Part shown: piece after piece, positions 27,024-36,900 of the stretch
Position numbering within the stretch: position 1 is the stretch's first letter
How the letters are laid out: every line of letters starts with the position of its first letter
Source: Dehalococcoidia bacterium
GTDB lineage: Bacteria > Chloroflexota > Dehalococcoidia > DSTF01 > JACRBR01
Reading direction: 5' to 3'
NCBI GenBank assembly: GCA_038240335.1
Contig: JBBSDV010000001.1
Span: forward strand, 1 to 46,416
DNA length: 46,416 nucleotides
Program-made: the position numbers and the translations under genes
The notes under the pieces: model-generated
What the model was told of the DNA's origin: nothing
Database searches by the model: none
Seen by the model: only the letters and a program-made list of their open reading frames with translations

Positions 27024-27114
27024 CGGCTTGGTTGTTGGTTGCTGGTCGGCGGCTGGCGGCTGGCGGCTGGCGGTACCTGGCTGGCGGCCGTTCCTTGTCG
27101 TTTTGTCTCCGGTC
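27024..27114. repeat. Thirteen heptamers including (GCTGGCG)x3
   Basis: CGGCTTG GTTGTTG GTTGCTG GTCGGCG GCTGGCG GCTGGCG GCTGGCG GTACCTG GCTGGCG GCCGTTC CTTGTCG TTTTGTC TCCGGTC, starting 17 nt upstream of the alr start. Confidence 0.85.
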
Positions 27115-27156
27115 GGCCGCAGTAGTCCGTCGCCCACCGCGCGCCCCTGACCGCCT

Positions 27157-27186
27157 GTCATTCAGAGCGGCAGCGAAGAATCTTGG
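27157..27186 (+). repeat. Copy of the dispersed GTCATTCAGAGCG.CAGCGAAGAATCTT element
   Basis: GTCATTCAGAGCGGCAGCGAAGAATCTTGG. Confidence 0.7.
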
Positions 27187-27245
27187 CTCGAAACGGCCGA
27201 CCCCTCTCGACGCAAGAGCGGCAAACTGTCTGCCGGTCAGCCGCG

Positions 27246-28289
27246 CTAGCCGCGCATCTCAAAATCGCCTGGCGAAATGCGCGATCGATCCACCACCGGG
27301 GTCCCGCCGACGATCCGCAGCCCCGCGCGACCCAACCCAACGAGAAAGCCCGCGCCGTACGCGACGTGCAGGCACGCAAAGACGATCGGCAACAGCGGCA
27401 GCTGCCGCGGCGCACGCGGCAGCGCGACCGCGGCCGACGCGGCGCCGATCGCGGCCACGTACGTCGCGAGCAGCGCTTTCAGCGGCCGCGCATCGCCGCC
27501 GGCCGCGCGCAACGCCGCGACCACGAGCCCCGCGACGAACAGCGGCGGCACGAGCTGCCGCGGCCGCACCTGCGACGGATGCCGGCGCAGCACCTCCGGC
27601 TTCGCCCGGCCGTACCCGAAGTACTGCCGCCACAGCCCAACGATGCTCCCGCGCACCGTATAGCGAGCGCGAATCGACGGCGCGAGGAAGATCGTGCCGC
27701 CGGCGTCGAGCAGCCGGTAGTTGAATTCGTCGTCCTCGCCTTTGTCGATGTCTTCCGCAAAGGTGCCGATGCGCTCGAACACGTCCCGGCGGTAGGCGCC
27801 GAACGCCACCGTGTCCACTGGGCCCTCGCCGCCGATACGGAACGACGCGCCGCCGACGCCGAACCGCGACGCCATCGCGAGCGCGATCGCACGGCCGGCG
27901 TATGAGTCGCCCTCGCTCGTGATCACGCCGCCGACACAATCGGCGCCCGTCGCGTCGAGCGCGGCGACGCTCGCGCTCAGGTAGTCCGCCGCGACCGCCG
28001 CATGCCCATCGACCCGCACGATCACATCGCCCCGCGCCTCGACGAGCCCGATGTTGAGCGCGAACGCCGGCTTCAACGCCGGGTTCTCCAGCAGCCGCAA
28101 GTCGAGCGTCGACTCGGCAGCGAACCGCGCGATCAGCTGCTTCGTGCCGTCGGTCGAGTGGCCATCGATCACCAGCACCTCGAAGCGCCGGCGCGGATAG
28201 TCCTGCGTACCCAGACTCTCGAGGCAGCGCTCGATATAGCGCTCCTCGTCACGCACCGGAATCAGCACCGAAACAAACGGCTCATTCAT
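27246..28289 (-). CDS. Family-2 glycosyltransferase with C-terminal TM segments
   Basis: FVSVLIPVRDEERYIERCLESL, VIDGHSTDGT, VRVDGHA. The C-terminal third is hydrophobic. Confidence 0.85.
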   Translation of the reverse strand: MNEPFVSVLIPVRDEERYIERCLESLGTQDYPRRRFEVLVIDGHSTDGTKQLIARFAAESTLDLRLLENPALKPAFALNIGLVEARGDVIVRVDGHAAVAADYLSASVAALDATGADCVGGVITSEGDSYAGRAIALAMASRFGVGGASFRIGGEGPVDTVAFGAYRRDVFERIGTFAEDIDKGEDDEFNYRLLDAGGTIFLAPSIRARYTVRGSIVGLWRQYFGYGRAKPEVLRRHPSQVRPRQLVPPLFVAGLVVAALRAAGGDARPLKALLATYVAAIGAASAAVALPRAPRQLPLLPIVFACLHVAYGAGFLVGLGRAGLRIVGGTPVVDRSRISPGDFEMRG

Positions 28290-28404
28290 CCCGCGACCCT
28301 AACACGGCCCGCCGACCGCAGCTAGTAGGTTGGAGTTGGGGGCTGGACACCAGCCTGCGAACCGCAAACTGCAAACCGTGAACTGTCAACTGGGCGCAGC
28401 GACT

Positions 28405-29325
28405 TCACGCGACCCCCGCCAGCGCTCCCTCCGGGATCGTCACGCCATACAGATCGACCAGCAGCGTGAAGAACGCGACGACAGCGCGCGTGTGCTTACG
28501 ATTCTTCCGGAAGATCAACGAGATCTGCCGCCCGGGCATCGAGGCGTTCGAGATGTTGATCGGACTCAAGCTCCCCTGCGAGAACTCGCGCTCCGTCGAT
28601 ACCTTCGGCAGCAGCGCGATGCCGAGTCCCTCCTCGACCATCTTCTTCGTCGCCTCGATCGTATCCAGCTCCATCAGCGTGTGCGGCACGATCCCGTGCT
28701 GCCGGAATACGCCCTGGATCAGCTGGCTGTAGCTCGACCCCTTGTCGAACAGGATCAGCGGCTCGCGCCCGACATCCTCGATCGTCGCGGAGCCCGCACG
28801 CGCGAAGCGGTGCTGCGGCGCCGAAGCCAGCACGAGGTCATCCTCGTACAGCGGCACCGTGACGATGTCCGCGTGATGCACCGTGCGCTCGAGCGCGCAG
28901 TGGACGTCGTCCGAGAGCACCATCTGCAGTACCTGCTCGGAGCGGCCCGTGTGCACGCTGACCTCTACGCCGGGATACGTCGAGCAGTACTGCTTGAGCA
29001 CCTTCGGCAGGACGTACGTGCTCACCGTCAGCGCGCAGCCGAGCTTCAGCGTACCGATCTCGAGATTGCGCATGCCGTCGAGCGCGTCGCGGCCCTCCTG
29101 CAGCGCCTTCAAGGCCCGCCGCGCATACGGCAGGAACGCCGTCCCCATCTCCGTCAGCCGCACGCCCCGCCCGTTGCGCTCGAACAGCGCCTCGCCGAGA
29201 TCGCGCTCGAGTGACTGGATACGCGCCGTCACCGAGGGCTGCGTGAGGAAGAGCGCATCCGCCGCCTTGCTGAACGATCGGTGCTGCGCGACCTGTACGA
29301 ACGCCTCGATCTGACCGAGATCCAT
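28405..29325 (-). CDS. LysR-family transcriptional regulator
   Basis: The N-terminal HTH IEAFVQVAQHRSFSKAADALFLTQPSVTARIQSLE is followed by a substrate-binding domain. Confidence 0.9.
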   Translation of the reverse strand: MDLGQIEAFVQVAQHRSFSKAADALFLTQPSVTARIQSLERDLGEALFERNGRGVRLTEMGTAFLPYARRALKALQEGRDALDGMRNLEIGTLKLGCALTVSTYVLPKVLKQYCSTYPGVEVSVHTGRSEQVLQMVLSDDVHCALERTVHHADIVTVPLYEDDLVLASAPQHRFARAGSATIEDVGREPLILFDKGSSYSQLIQGVFRQHGIVPHTLMELDTIEATKKMVEEGLGIALLPKVSTEREFSQGSLSPINISNASMPGRQISLIFRKNRKHTRAVVAFFTLLVDLYGVTIPEGALAGVA

Positions 29326-29663
29326 GCTCGCCCCAACTGCTGCCCGCGCTCGTCGCGGATCCTCGATACATTGCGCTGAAGTATCGGCCCGGTCTATGAG
29401 ACCAGCAGTGTCGCACCGTTCCCCATCGATTGCAAGATGATCATCGCCATGCCGGCGAGCAACACCTTTGGTTCCTCATGTGGCATGTCGCAACTTGATG
29501 CGAGATCAACCACGCACGTGCGATGCTCACATCATCCGCCGGGCTCAAGCGAACCCGACCAAGCGCCAGTGTGCCATGTTCGGCCGTGATTGTTGCTCAT
29601 TCACATCGCCGCAGGGCCGTCATTAGGTCCCCGGCGCGCCGTCATTCAGGTCACGGCGCGCTT

Positions 29664-29861
29664 TCATTCAGAGCGCCAGCGAAGAATCTTGTTCGGCTTG
29701 TCGCCGAACGCCGATTCGGCAATGAAAGCAGCGGCATCAGAAATGCCTGTGCGAAACGAAAGCGAGAAGCGAAGCCGGCCAGCGCCCTCGCGCGGATCAT
29801 CATCCTCAGCCGCATCCTCGCCGTGCATGATTGGCATTCAGAGCGCCAGCGAAGAATCTTG
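29664..29861 (+). repeat. Two direct copies (170 bp apart) of CATTCAGAGCGCCAGCGAAGAATCTTG
   Basis: Copies at 29664-29691 and 29834-29861 share an identical 27-nt core. Related GTCATTAGG / GTCATTCAGG half-sites occur at 29618-29650. Confidence 0.75.
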
Positions 29862-30084
29862 CCCGGCTGTCGCAGAAGCTCCGATATCGCCAGACGTCAC
29901 CGCCACGCCAAGACACGCGGCCGAAACAACCGAAAATTGAACAACCGAGTACATAACCGATGACGCTAGTACCGGCTGCATCACGACCACGTTCGCTTAC
30001 CGCGGCAACCCCAGACCATCACCGCACAGCCCGATGACCCCAAAAGTGCCAAACGATTACATAACGAATCAGCGAGGCCGACCC

Positions 30085-31158
30085 CTACCCGACCCGCTTC
30101 GTCCGCATTCCGAACGCCAGCACGCCGAGGCCCAGCGCGGCCAGCGCCACGCCGAGCGCAGCATTCAGGATGCCCGAGCGTGAGTCCGTGCCCGCGCCCG
30201 TCGACGGAAATGCGCGGTTCGAACCGTTCGGCGACGACGGCGCTTCGGATGGATTGCCCGGGTGCGTCAGTCCGCGCACGCTGCTCGTTAGAGCCGGCGT
30301 GCCGCTCGCCGAGGCGCCCGGATTCCCCGAAACAGGCGTCGTCGACCCGGCTGGCGTCATGTTCTCGCGCGACGAAGTCGTACCGGACGTCGGCGACGCG
30401 TGGCCACCGGCGGCCGGAGTCTTCGTGGGCGCAGGCGTCGCTGTGCTTTCAGCGCCACCGCTCGGCGTCACCGACGATGTGGAGGACGCGCTCGGTGATG
30501 CTGCCGCAGTTCCGGTCTGCGAGGGCGTCGCGCTTGCGATCGGCGTGCCGTTCGCGACTATCGTCTCAGTCGCAGCGGGCGTGTACGTCCCGATCGGCGT
30601 GATCGTGCCGAGACCGAGTTCTGTCGCCGTCGCCGCCGGCGTATCGGTCGCGATGGTAGTCATCGTCGCAGTCGCCGTCGGCACCGCAGTCACGGTGCTC
30701 ACGGACGTCGTTGTGGCGGCCGGTGTGTCGCTCACAGGCGGGGTCGCCGTCATCGTCATCGCCGGCGTCGCATTCGCGCACACAAGATTAATATGCGTGT
30801 CCTCGGCGTTCGAAACGACGCTGTAGCTACGCCCCGACTTCTCGTACAGCGTCACCGTGCCCGAGGTCCGCAGCTGCCCCGATCCCATGCGATCGTAGAG
30901 GAGGTAGTAATCCTGATGTCCGAGATGGCCCGCCTTGTCGTCGAAGAAGAAGGTCTGCTGGATCGCCTCGCCGTTGATGACGACATCGACGACTGCCTTG
31001 CGATCATCCGGCCCGCCGATGTACTCGGCCTTCGTCTCCCAGCTCGCGCAATCGAGCCGGTCGCTGATCATCACGTGATGCGCCAGCGCGATCCCCGGCC
31101 GCGCGACAAGCAACAGCACGCCGGCGATCAGCAGCCCGCCGCCCAGCCCAACGTGCAT
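30085..31158 (-). CDS. Cell-surface protein: signal/TM, ~110-aa globular domain, long T/P/A/S-rich stalk, LPXTG-like FPSTG sorting signal
   Basis: The C-terminus NRAFPSTGAGTDSRSGILNAALGVALAALGLGVLAFGMRTKRVG has motif, hydrophobic helix and basic tail. The start is taken at ATG 31158 (MHVGLGGGLLIAGVLLLVA); the track ORF begins at 31209. Confidence 0.75.
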   Translation of the reverse strand: MHVGLGGGLLIAGVLLLVARPGIALAHHVMISDRLDCASWETKAEYIGGPDDRKAVVDVVINGEAIQQTFFFDDKAGHLGHQDYYLLYDRMGSGQLRTSGTVTLYEKSGRSYSVVSNAEDTHINLVCANATPAMTMTATPPVSDTPAATTTSVSTVTAVPTATATMTTIATDTPAATATELGLGTITPIGTYTPAATETIVANGTPIASATPSQTGTAAASPSASSTSSVTPSGGAESTATPAPTKTPAAGGHASPTSGTTSSRENMTPAGSTTPVSGNPGASASGTPALTSSVRGLTHPGNPSEAPSSPNGSNRAFPSTGAGTDSRSGILNAALGVALAALGLGVLAFGMRTKRVG

Positions 31159-31385
31159 CGATTGAGTACGGATTGTTGATAGCACCACAGCCTCCTGCCC
31201 GGCGTACATCCCTGCGCACGAGCAGCATCGCGGCCAAGCGCGCCCTCAACAATCAGCGTTTGCCCTATGCGCCCCCCGCATCTGCACGTAGCGCGCGAAG
31301 GCAGCGTCCGGCAAGCAGGAGAGCTGGAGGCTGCATAGCGGAGCGTCGAGGGCAAAAGCTGACGTTCTTTGGCACCGCCGCGATT

Positions 31386-31505
31386 GTCATCCTGAGCGTC
31401 AGCGAAGGATCTTGTTGGGCCTGACCGTATCCTCGTTCGAACAGGCGAGGCCCGAACGCGAGATCGCCAGCGTTCCGCACAAGACCTTCGCGGGCTCAGG
31501 GTGAC
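31386..31505. repeat. Inverted pair of the dispersed element (about 120-bp hairpin-forming unit)
   Basis: Left arm GTCATCCTGAGCGTCAGCGAAGGATCTTG (31386-31414). The right arm on the minus strand is GTCACCCTGAGCCCGCGAAGGTCTTG (31505-31480). Confidence 0.7.
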
Positions 31506-31575
31506 AATCACCGCGGCATGTCACGCGACAGCGGACACGGCGATCCCGCCGACGCACCCCGTCGCCGTCACCGAA

Positions 31576-32307
31576 TCACTTGATCGCCGCCAGCGCGGCG
31601 ATAAACGCGTCCGCGATCAGTCGATGCCCGGCGTCCGTAGGATGCGGATCGAACTGCGGATCGAGCACGTGCGTCAGCTCACGGCCGCGCCCTTCGAACG
31701 CCGGCGCCGCGTCGGCCACGCCCGCATGCGGATACTTTGCCGCCGCACCGCGGATCACATCGTCGAGCCGCGGCATCACGCGCGTCGCCGGCGCCTCGAA
31801 GACGTGACCCGTGCCCGAGAAGAAGTTCGGGTAACCGAGCAGCACAATCGGCGTGTCGGGATGCGCAGCCCGCAGCCGTGCGACGAGCTCGCTGTACCGC
31901 GTCTCGACGCCGCGCAGCGTCTCATCGAGCGGGCAGGCGGCCGGCAATGTCTCATCCCGGCAGGCGGCGTTCGGGATCAGCCCGGCCAGGTCGTTGCCGC
32001 CGACAGAAATCGTGATGAACGCGATCTCTCCATCGAGGGAGAGCGCATCCGGCAGCTGCTTGTCGATCACGTCCTGCGTCGTCGCACCGGCGACGGCATA
32101 GTTTCGCAGGTCAAGATTGCCTTCGTCGCGCGCCAGCAGCGCCGCATAGCTCGTCGCCGCCTTGTCCGACGAGCCGTTGCCTGCGGCCACCGAATCGCCC
32201 AGCGAGATATACACGCCGGAATAGTGCGTCGTGCCCTGCGAGTCTCGGCAGCGCGCGCCCGTGACAAGAAGGAGGCTCGCGCACGCAAGGAGAATCAGCG
32301 GCTTCAT
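31576..32307 (-). CDS. Secreted SGNH/GDSL hydrolase
   Basis: Signal-like MKPLILLACASLLLV. Block I GDSVAAG, block III SVGGND, block V DPHPTDAGH. Confidence 0.85.
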   Translation of the reverse strand: MKPLILLACASLLLVTGARCRDSQGTTHYSGVYISLGDSVAAGNGSSDKAATSYAALLARDEGNLDLRNYAVAGATTQDVIDKQLPDALSLDGEIAFITISVGGNDLAGLIPNAACRDETLPAACPLDETLRGVETRYSELVARLRAAHPDTPIVLLGYPNFFSGTGHVFEAPATRVMPRLDDVIRGAAAKYPHAGVADAAPAFEGRGRELTHVLDPQFDPHPTDAGHRLIADAFIAALAAIK

Positions 32308-33167
32308 ACCGTCAGTATAGGACGGCGCCGAGTAGGCGCGGGCCCGATTGCGATCTGCCCGTCGAACCTGCGCGCCGGTTGCCAGATCATCCCCTCGCGC
32401 AGCAGCTGCGGGTCGAGAATCTCCGGCAACGCAGCCAGCTCCGAAGCATGATCCGCCATCACGAGCGCCGAGACGGCCGCGTCGAAGGCGTCCTCCGTCG
32501 ATGCCGCGAGCGCACGCATCGCCGTCGATTGCGATGCCAGGTGCTTCTCGACAAACTCCGTTCGTTCGTCGATTCGGCGCTTGCGTATCGGCCCCGTCAT
32601 CAACCGCGGATAGATCTCGATCACGGTCGTCGCTGCCGCCGCGCTCGTCCCGGCGTCAAAGGGCCAGATCCGCAGTCCTGCCGGGCGCAGCCCGTGCAGC
32701 GAACACATGCCCCGGAGCGAGCCCGTGCCGACCGCGCCGGCGCCGCCGATCTGGAAGACCGACTTCGGTTGCACGCCGAACGCCGCGACAACATCGCGCT
32801 CGGTCCGTCGATACTGCTCGTCGCCCTGCGGTCGCGCGCGGCCCGCGCGACCCCAGAACGGCGCAGCGCAGGCACTCAGCAGCGTCTCGGCCTGCCCGTC
32901 CGCGAGCTGCTCCCACAGCTGGGGCGCTGTCGCCCAGCCGCATCGATCGAGGTACCACGCTGGGAGCGAGAAGCCGAAGTCGAGGCCAACGATCATCGGT
33001 TTGCCGCATTCGGTCTCGTCGACCAGATGCGCCGCAATCTCGTCGCGCCTGCGGCCGCACTCGAGCCTGATCAGCTCGCCGTCAGCGGTCGCCTCCGCGA
33101 GCCAGATCTTCTTCTCCGCGCCGATTGCCGCGCCGGACCAGTCGACCGCGAGAATGCGCAGACTCAC
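32304..33167 (-). CDS. DUF429-family protein (predicted RNase-H-fold nuclease)
   Basis: GTG start overlaps the thpR stop (GTGA) and the stop overlaps the SGNH start (ATGA). ILAVDWSGA ... VGLDFGFSLP ... EIYPR resembles DUF429 conserved blocks (from memory). Confidence 0.65.
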   Translation of the reverse strand: MSLRILAVDWSGAAIGAEKKIWLAEATADGELIRLECGRRRDEIAAHLVDETECGKPMIVGLDFGFSLPAWYLDRCGWATAPQLWEQLADGQAETLLSACAAPFWGRAGRARPQGDEQYRRTERDVVAAFGVQPKSVFQIGGAGAVGTGSLRGMCSLHGLRPAGLRIWPFDAGTSAAAATTVIEIYPRLMTGPIRKRRIDERTEFVEKHLASQSTAMRALAASTEDAFDAAVSALVMADHASELAALPEILDPQLLREGMIWQPARRFDGQIAIGPAPTRRRPILTV

Positions 33168-33784
33168 AACGCAGCGCCGCCGGAGAGCGGATACGTCGAA
33201 AGGGAGTCATACGTCGCGCCGCCGCGCGAGGGCGTCGACCGCATGAGACTGACATGCTCGACCCGGAACGCGGGCAGTTCCGACGTCGACATCCCGGCGA
33301 GCAATCGATGCACGCGCGACCGCTCGTCGGGCAGTGCGCCTTCCCGCACGCGGCCCAGCGTCAGGTGCGCCGCGAATGGACGTCGCTCGCGCTCGAATCC
33401 GATCGGCTGCAGTGCAGCCTCCACGCGGTCGGCGAGCGATGCGAGCCGTTCGGTCTCGCCGACGAGGCCAAGCCATGCCACCCGCAAGCCGTGGCTGCCT
33501 CCGAAGCTGCCGATGCCCTGCGGCTGCAGAGCGAACGGCGCAGCGCCGCAGGTCGCATTACGCAGCGCCGCATCGATCGCTTCGACGCGCGCCGTCGACA
33601 CTGCGCCGAGGAACTTGAGCGTCACATGGATCCCCTCGACGCGCACCCAGCGCAGCGAGTCGCCGCCGATCGCGGCTCGCAACGATGCGATCGTCGCATG
33701 TAGCGCGCGCTTCACATCAGCCGCCAGTTCGATCGCGACGAACAACCGCAGCGGGGCCGTCTCGGGGCTCACGGGTGTGCGCAT
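33164..33784 (-). CDS. thpR: RNA 2',3'-cyclic phosphodiesterase (2H phosphoesterase, ThpR/LigT)
   Basis: Two H-x-T-x motifs, HVTLKFLG and HLTLGRV, at the expected spacing. N-terminus LRLFVAIEL. Confidence 0.85.
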   Translation of the reverse strand: MRTPVSPETAPLRLFVAIELAADVKRALHATIASLRAAIGGDSLRWVRVEGIHVTLKFLGAVSTARVEAIDAALRNATCGAAPFALQPQGIGSFGGSHGLRVAWLGLVGETERLASLADRVEAALQPIGFERERRPFAAHLTLGRVREGALPDERSRVHRLLAGMSTSELPAFRVEHVSLMRSTPSRGGATYDSLSTYPLSGGAAL

Positions 33785-33920
33785 CGCTCAGTGTAGGGCG
33801 AGCAACGACGGGCGGACTCGAGAATGCCGCTGTCTGCACTCCGCTCGCCGTTCGGAGCGCGCTTTAAGGGAGGAGCGCAACCGACAAGCAAGGAAGGGCG
33901 TCGCGTTTGCGACGCCCTTT

Positions 33921-33955
33921 CAATCACCAGTCACCAATCACGAGTCACCAGCAAC
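33921..33955. repeat. Five heptamers CAATCAC CAGTCAC CAATCAC GAGTCAC CAGCAAC abutting the permease stop codon
   Basis: Read directly. On the permease sense strand it reads GTGACTG/GTGATTG, the same family as CTGGTGA. Confidence 0.9.
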
Positions 33956-36900
33956 CTACTCGTACCGCAGCGCCTCCGCGACGGGGACGTTCGCCGCACC
34001 GCGACTGGGCCACCACGTCATCGCCAGCGAGAAGACGAAGGCGATGGCGGCGAAGCCGACGACCTGCAACCACGGGATCGTGAAGTCCGAACCGATGTCG
34101 GCGAACTGGCCCGAGGTCATCAAGTTGCGGGCAAGAATCGTGCCGCCGACGACGCCGGAGAGGATGCCCATTAGCGCGATGAAGCTCGACTCCAGCATGA
34201 AGGTCAGTGCGACGCTGCCGCTCTGGTAGCCGATCGCCCGCAGCATGCCGATCTGCTGGCGCCGCTCGACCACCGAGCGGAAGGCGATGACGCCGAGCGA
34301 GATGATGCCGACGAACAGGCCGAGCGCCATGAACGCCTGGAACATTTGGTTGAAGGCTTTACCCTGCGCAACGCTCTGGTCGATCAGCGCCTTGATTGAG
34401 TCGGCCTGCACCCGCTTCGTCGTCAGCGCCGACTCGATCTGGTTCGCCGCAGTCTTCGCATTGACACCGTCCTTCAGCCGCACATACGTCCGCTGATAGT
34501 CCGGCGCGCCGAAGACGGGCGCATAGGAGGCGGCATTGACGTAGATTCCGCCCGTGATGCTCGAATCGAGCTTCATCGCGAGGACGCCGATGATCGTCAC
34601 GCGCTTGAGGTCGCCTGTCACCGGGTTACGGAACTCGACGTCGACCGGTTCGAAGCGCTTGTCGTTGACATTGAGGCTGGGCTGGAAGTCGTACGAGCTG
34701 AACTCCGAACCGTCGGCGAGCGCGACATCGCTATTCGTACGGATCGCGTTGAACACGTCGGCGTCGCTGTTGTAGCCGTGTGCCCGCGCATCGAGCGAGG
34801 AGTGCCCATTCGAATAGAAGGCATCATCGCCGGCGATCACCGGGTAGGACGCCCAGCGGCCTTCGTCATAGCCGGGCTGATGCACCTGCTGCTCGCCGGT
34901 AAACACCGTCGTCCGGCCTTCGCTGTCGATCTCGCTTGCGACGGGTGCGTTCGCGTCGACCAGCGCCTGCTTGACGTCGCCGACGGGGTTGTTGCGGTTG
35001 GCCGTCGCGAGAACGTTCCAGCCGCCGTCGCCGCTCTTGCCGGCGGTCTTCGCCGCAAAGTTGGCGTTGATGATGCTGAACACGGTCAGCGAGAAGATGA
35101 TCAGCGCGAACATCGCGATCGTCATTCCGGTGCGGAAGCGGTTCGAGAGCGGGTAGGCGACGCCCATCTTCAGTGCCGGGCCCAGCTTCGGGAACTCTGC
35201 CGCCGAATACGAGGCCGCCGTCACCATCGCCGCGAGCGCTGCGAAGAGGTACATCAGCTGGCCGAGGCCGTCGCCCTTCTTGCCGATCAGCACGCCGCCG
35301 GCGACGAACGCCAGAGTTGCGGCGGAGGCGGCGACCGACACGCGGTAACGCCCGGTGCGGAACAGGGCCGTCAGCAAGCGTGCGTTGAACACGATGACCA
35401 GCGTGAAGCCGATGACGACCATGATGCCGGACATCAGGAACATCTCGATATCGCCCTCGAGCGTCGTTCCGAGGATCTTGCCGCCGATGTCAAACGGCGT
35501 GAGCCAGTAGGCCAGCAGCCAGGCGCCGACGATCGTCCACGTCAGGCGGCTCGGCGCGCGGTAGTACGATGCGATCTGCGCCACGCACAGCGGGATGAGC
35601 GAGAACCCGAACCCCGCGAGGAACTGCGACGCCGTGCCGCCGCCCCGGGCTCCCTGCAGCGCCAGCAGCGAGAGCGCGATGCCGATCGGCGCGATGATCC
35701 ATGCCCACGCCAGGCCGATGCCTTTACGGAAGAAGAGCCAGATGCCGAACGGCGGCACGATCATTGCGGGCAGGCCAATGGCGACCCACTTCCAGTTCGT
35801 GTTGCGCTTCGGCTGGCGGCGATCGTCGTCGTCGGTGCCGCGGATGGCGCCGACGATGTTGACGTTCGACACCTTCATCGCCGAGATGACGACAGTTACG
35901 AACGTCACGACGACACCGAGGCAGTAGCTGACGATCAGCGACCGCGCCGTCACGTGCGCCGTGATGAACGACCCGCCGCCCCCAAGACCAACCTGCAGAA
36001 TGCCGAGCACCAGCGCGATCGCAGCCGCCACGCCGAGTGCGCCGCCGACGATGCCGGCGAGCACGCTGTACGCCATGCCCTCCGCCATGAACGACTGCAC
36101 GAGGCTGTTTTTCTGCGCGCCGACCGCACGCGCCATCCCCATCTCGGGCTTCCGCTCGGCCGCGAGCATGACGAAGATCATGAAGATCAGCATCACGCCG
36201 GACGCGATCGAGAAGAGGCCGAGCACGAGGAACAGTGTCGTGAGGACGTTGCCGAACTTCTCGGCATCCTCCACCGCGTCCTTCTTGAACGTCTCGACCT
36301 TAACGTTGCGGACGCCGACGCCAAGGGTCGACTTGCCCTCGTCGCTCGAAACGAATGACTGCAGCCGCGCCGCCGGGGCCGCCGCCTTCGATACGGTGCT
36401 GCGCACGTCGCCCTTGAGCGCGACGCTGATCTGATTCACCTGGCCGGCGTGGCCGGTGAGCGCCTGCACCGTCGTGAGGCGCATCGCGGCGCCCCCTGGG
36501 GTGCGCGCATCGGCCGCATTCGTCGAGCCGGCAGCGCGCTCGTCCTTGACGACGCCCGCGACGTGCGCGTCGTGCGCCTGGCCGCCTACCGAACAAGCTC
36601 ACCGTGTCGCCGAGCTTGGCGTCGAGCGCGTCGGCCGCTTGCTTGCTGAGCAGGATGTCGTTTTCGCCTAGCGTCTTCAGGGTGAAGCGCCCGCCGCTTT
36701 CGAGCCGCAGGCCGCCGAGGCGATCGAGCCGCTCCGGGTCGATGCCGCTCAGCTGCACCGTCGGCTCCGAGAGCCCGCTGCGCTGATCCTGCACGGCGAC
36801 GCCCTCGAACAGGAACGGCATGAAGCCATCGATGCCGGCGTCGTTCGCGAAGCGCCGCTCCAGCACGGGCACCGCTCCCTCGGCGAAGTAGACTTCGTTG

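Noticed and set aside
36585-36600. Programmed ribosomal frameshift as the explanation for the split permease
   Set aside because: There is no slippery X-XXY-YYZ heptamer, no in-frame stop or rare codon at the junction, and no obvious downstream pseudoknot. The broken ATPase next door makes decay or an indel the simpler explanation.
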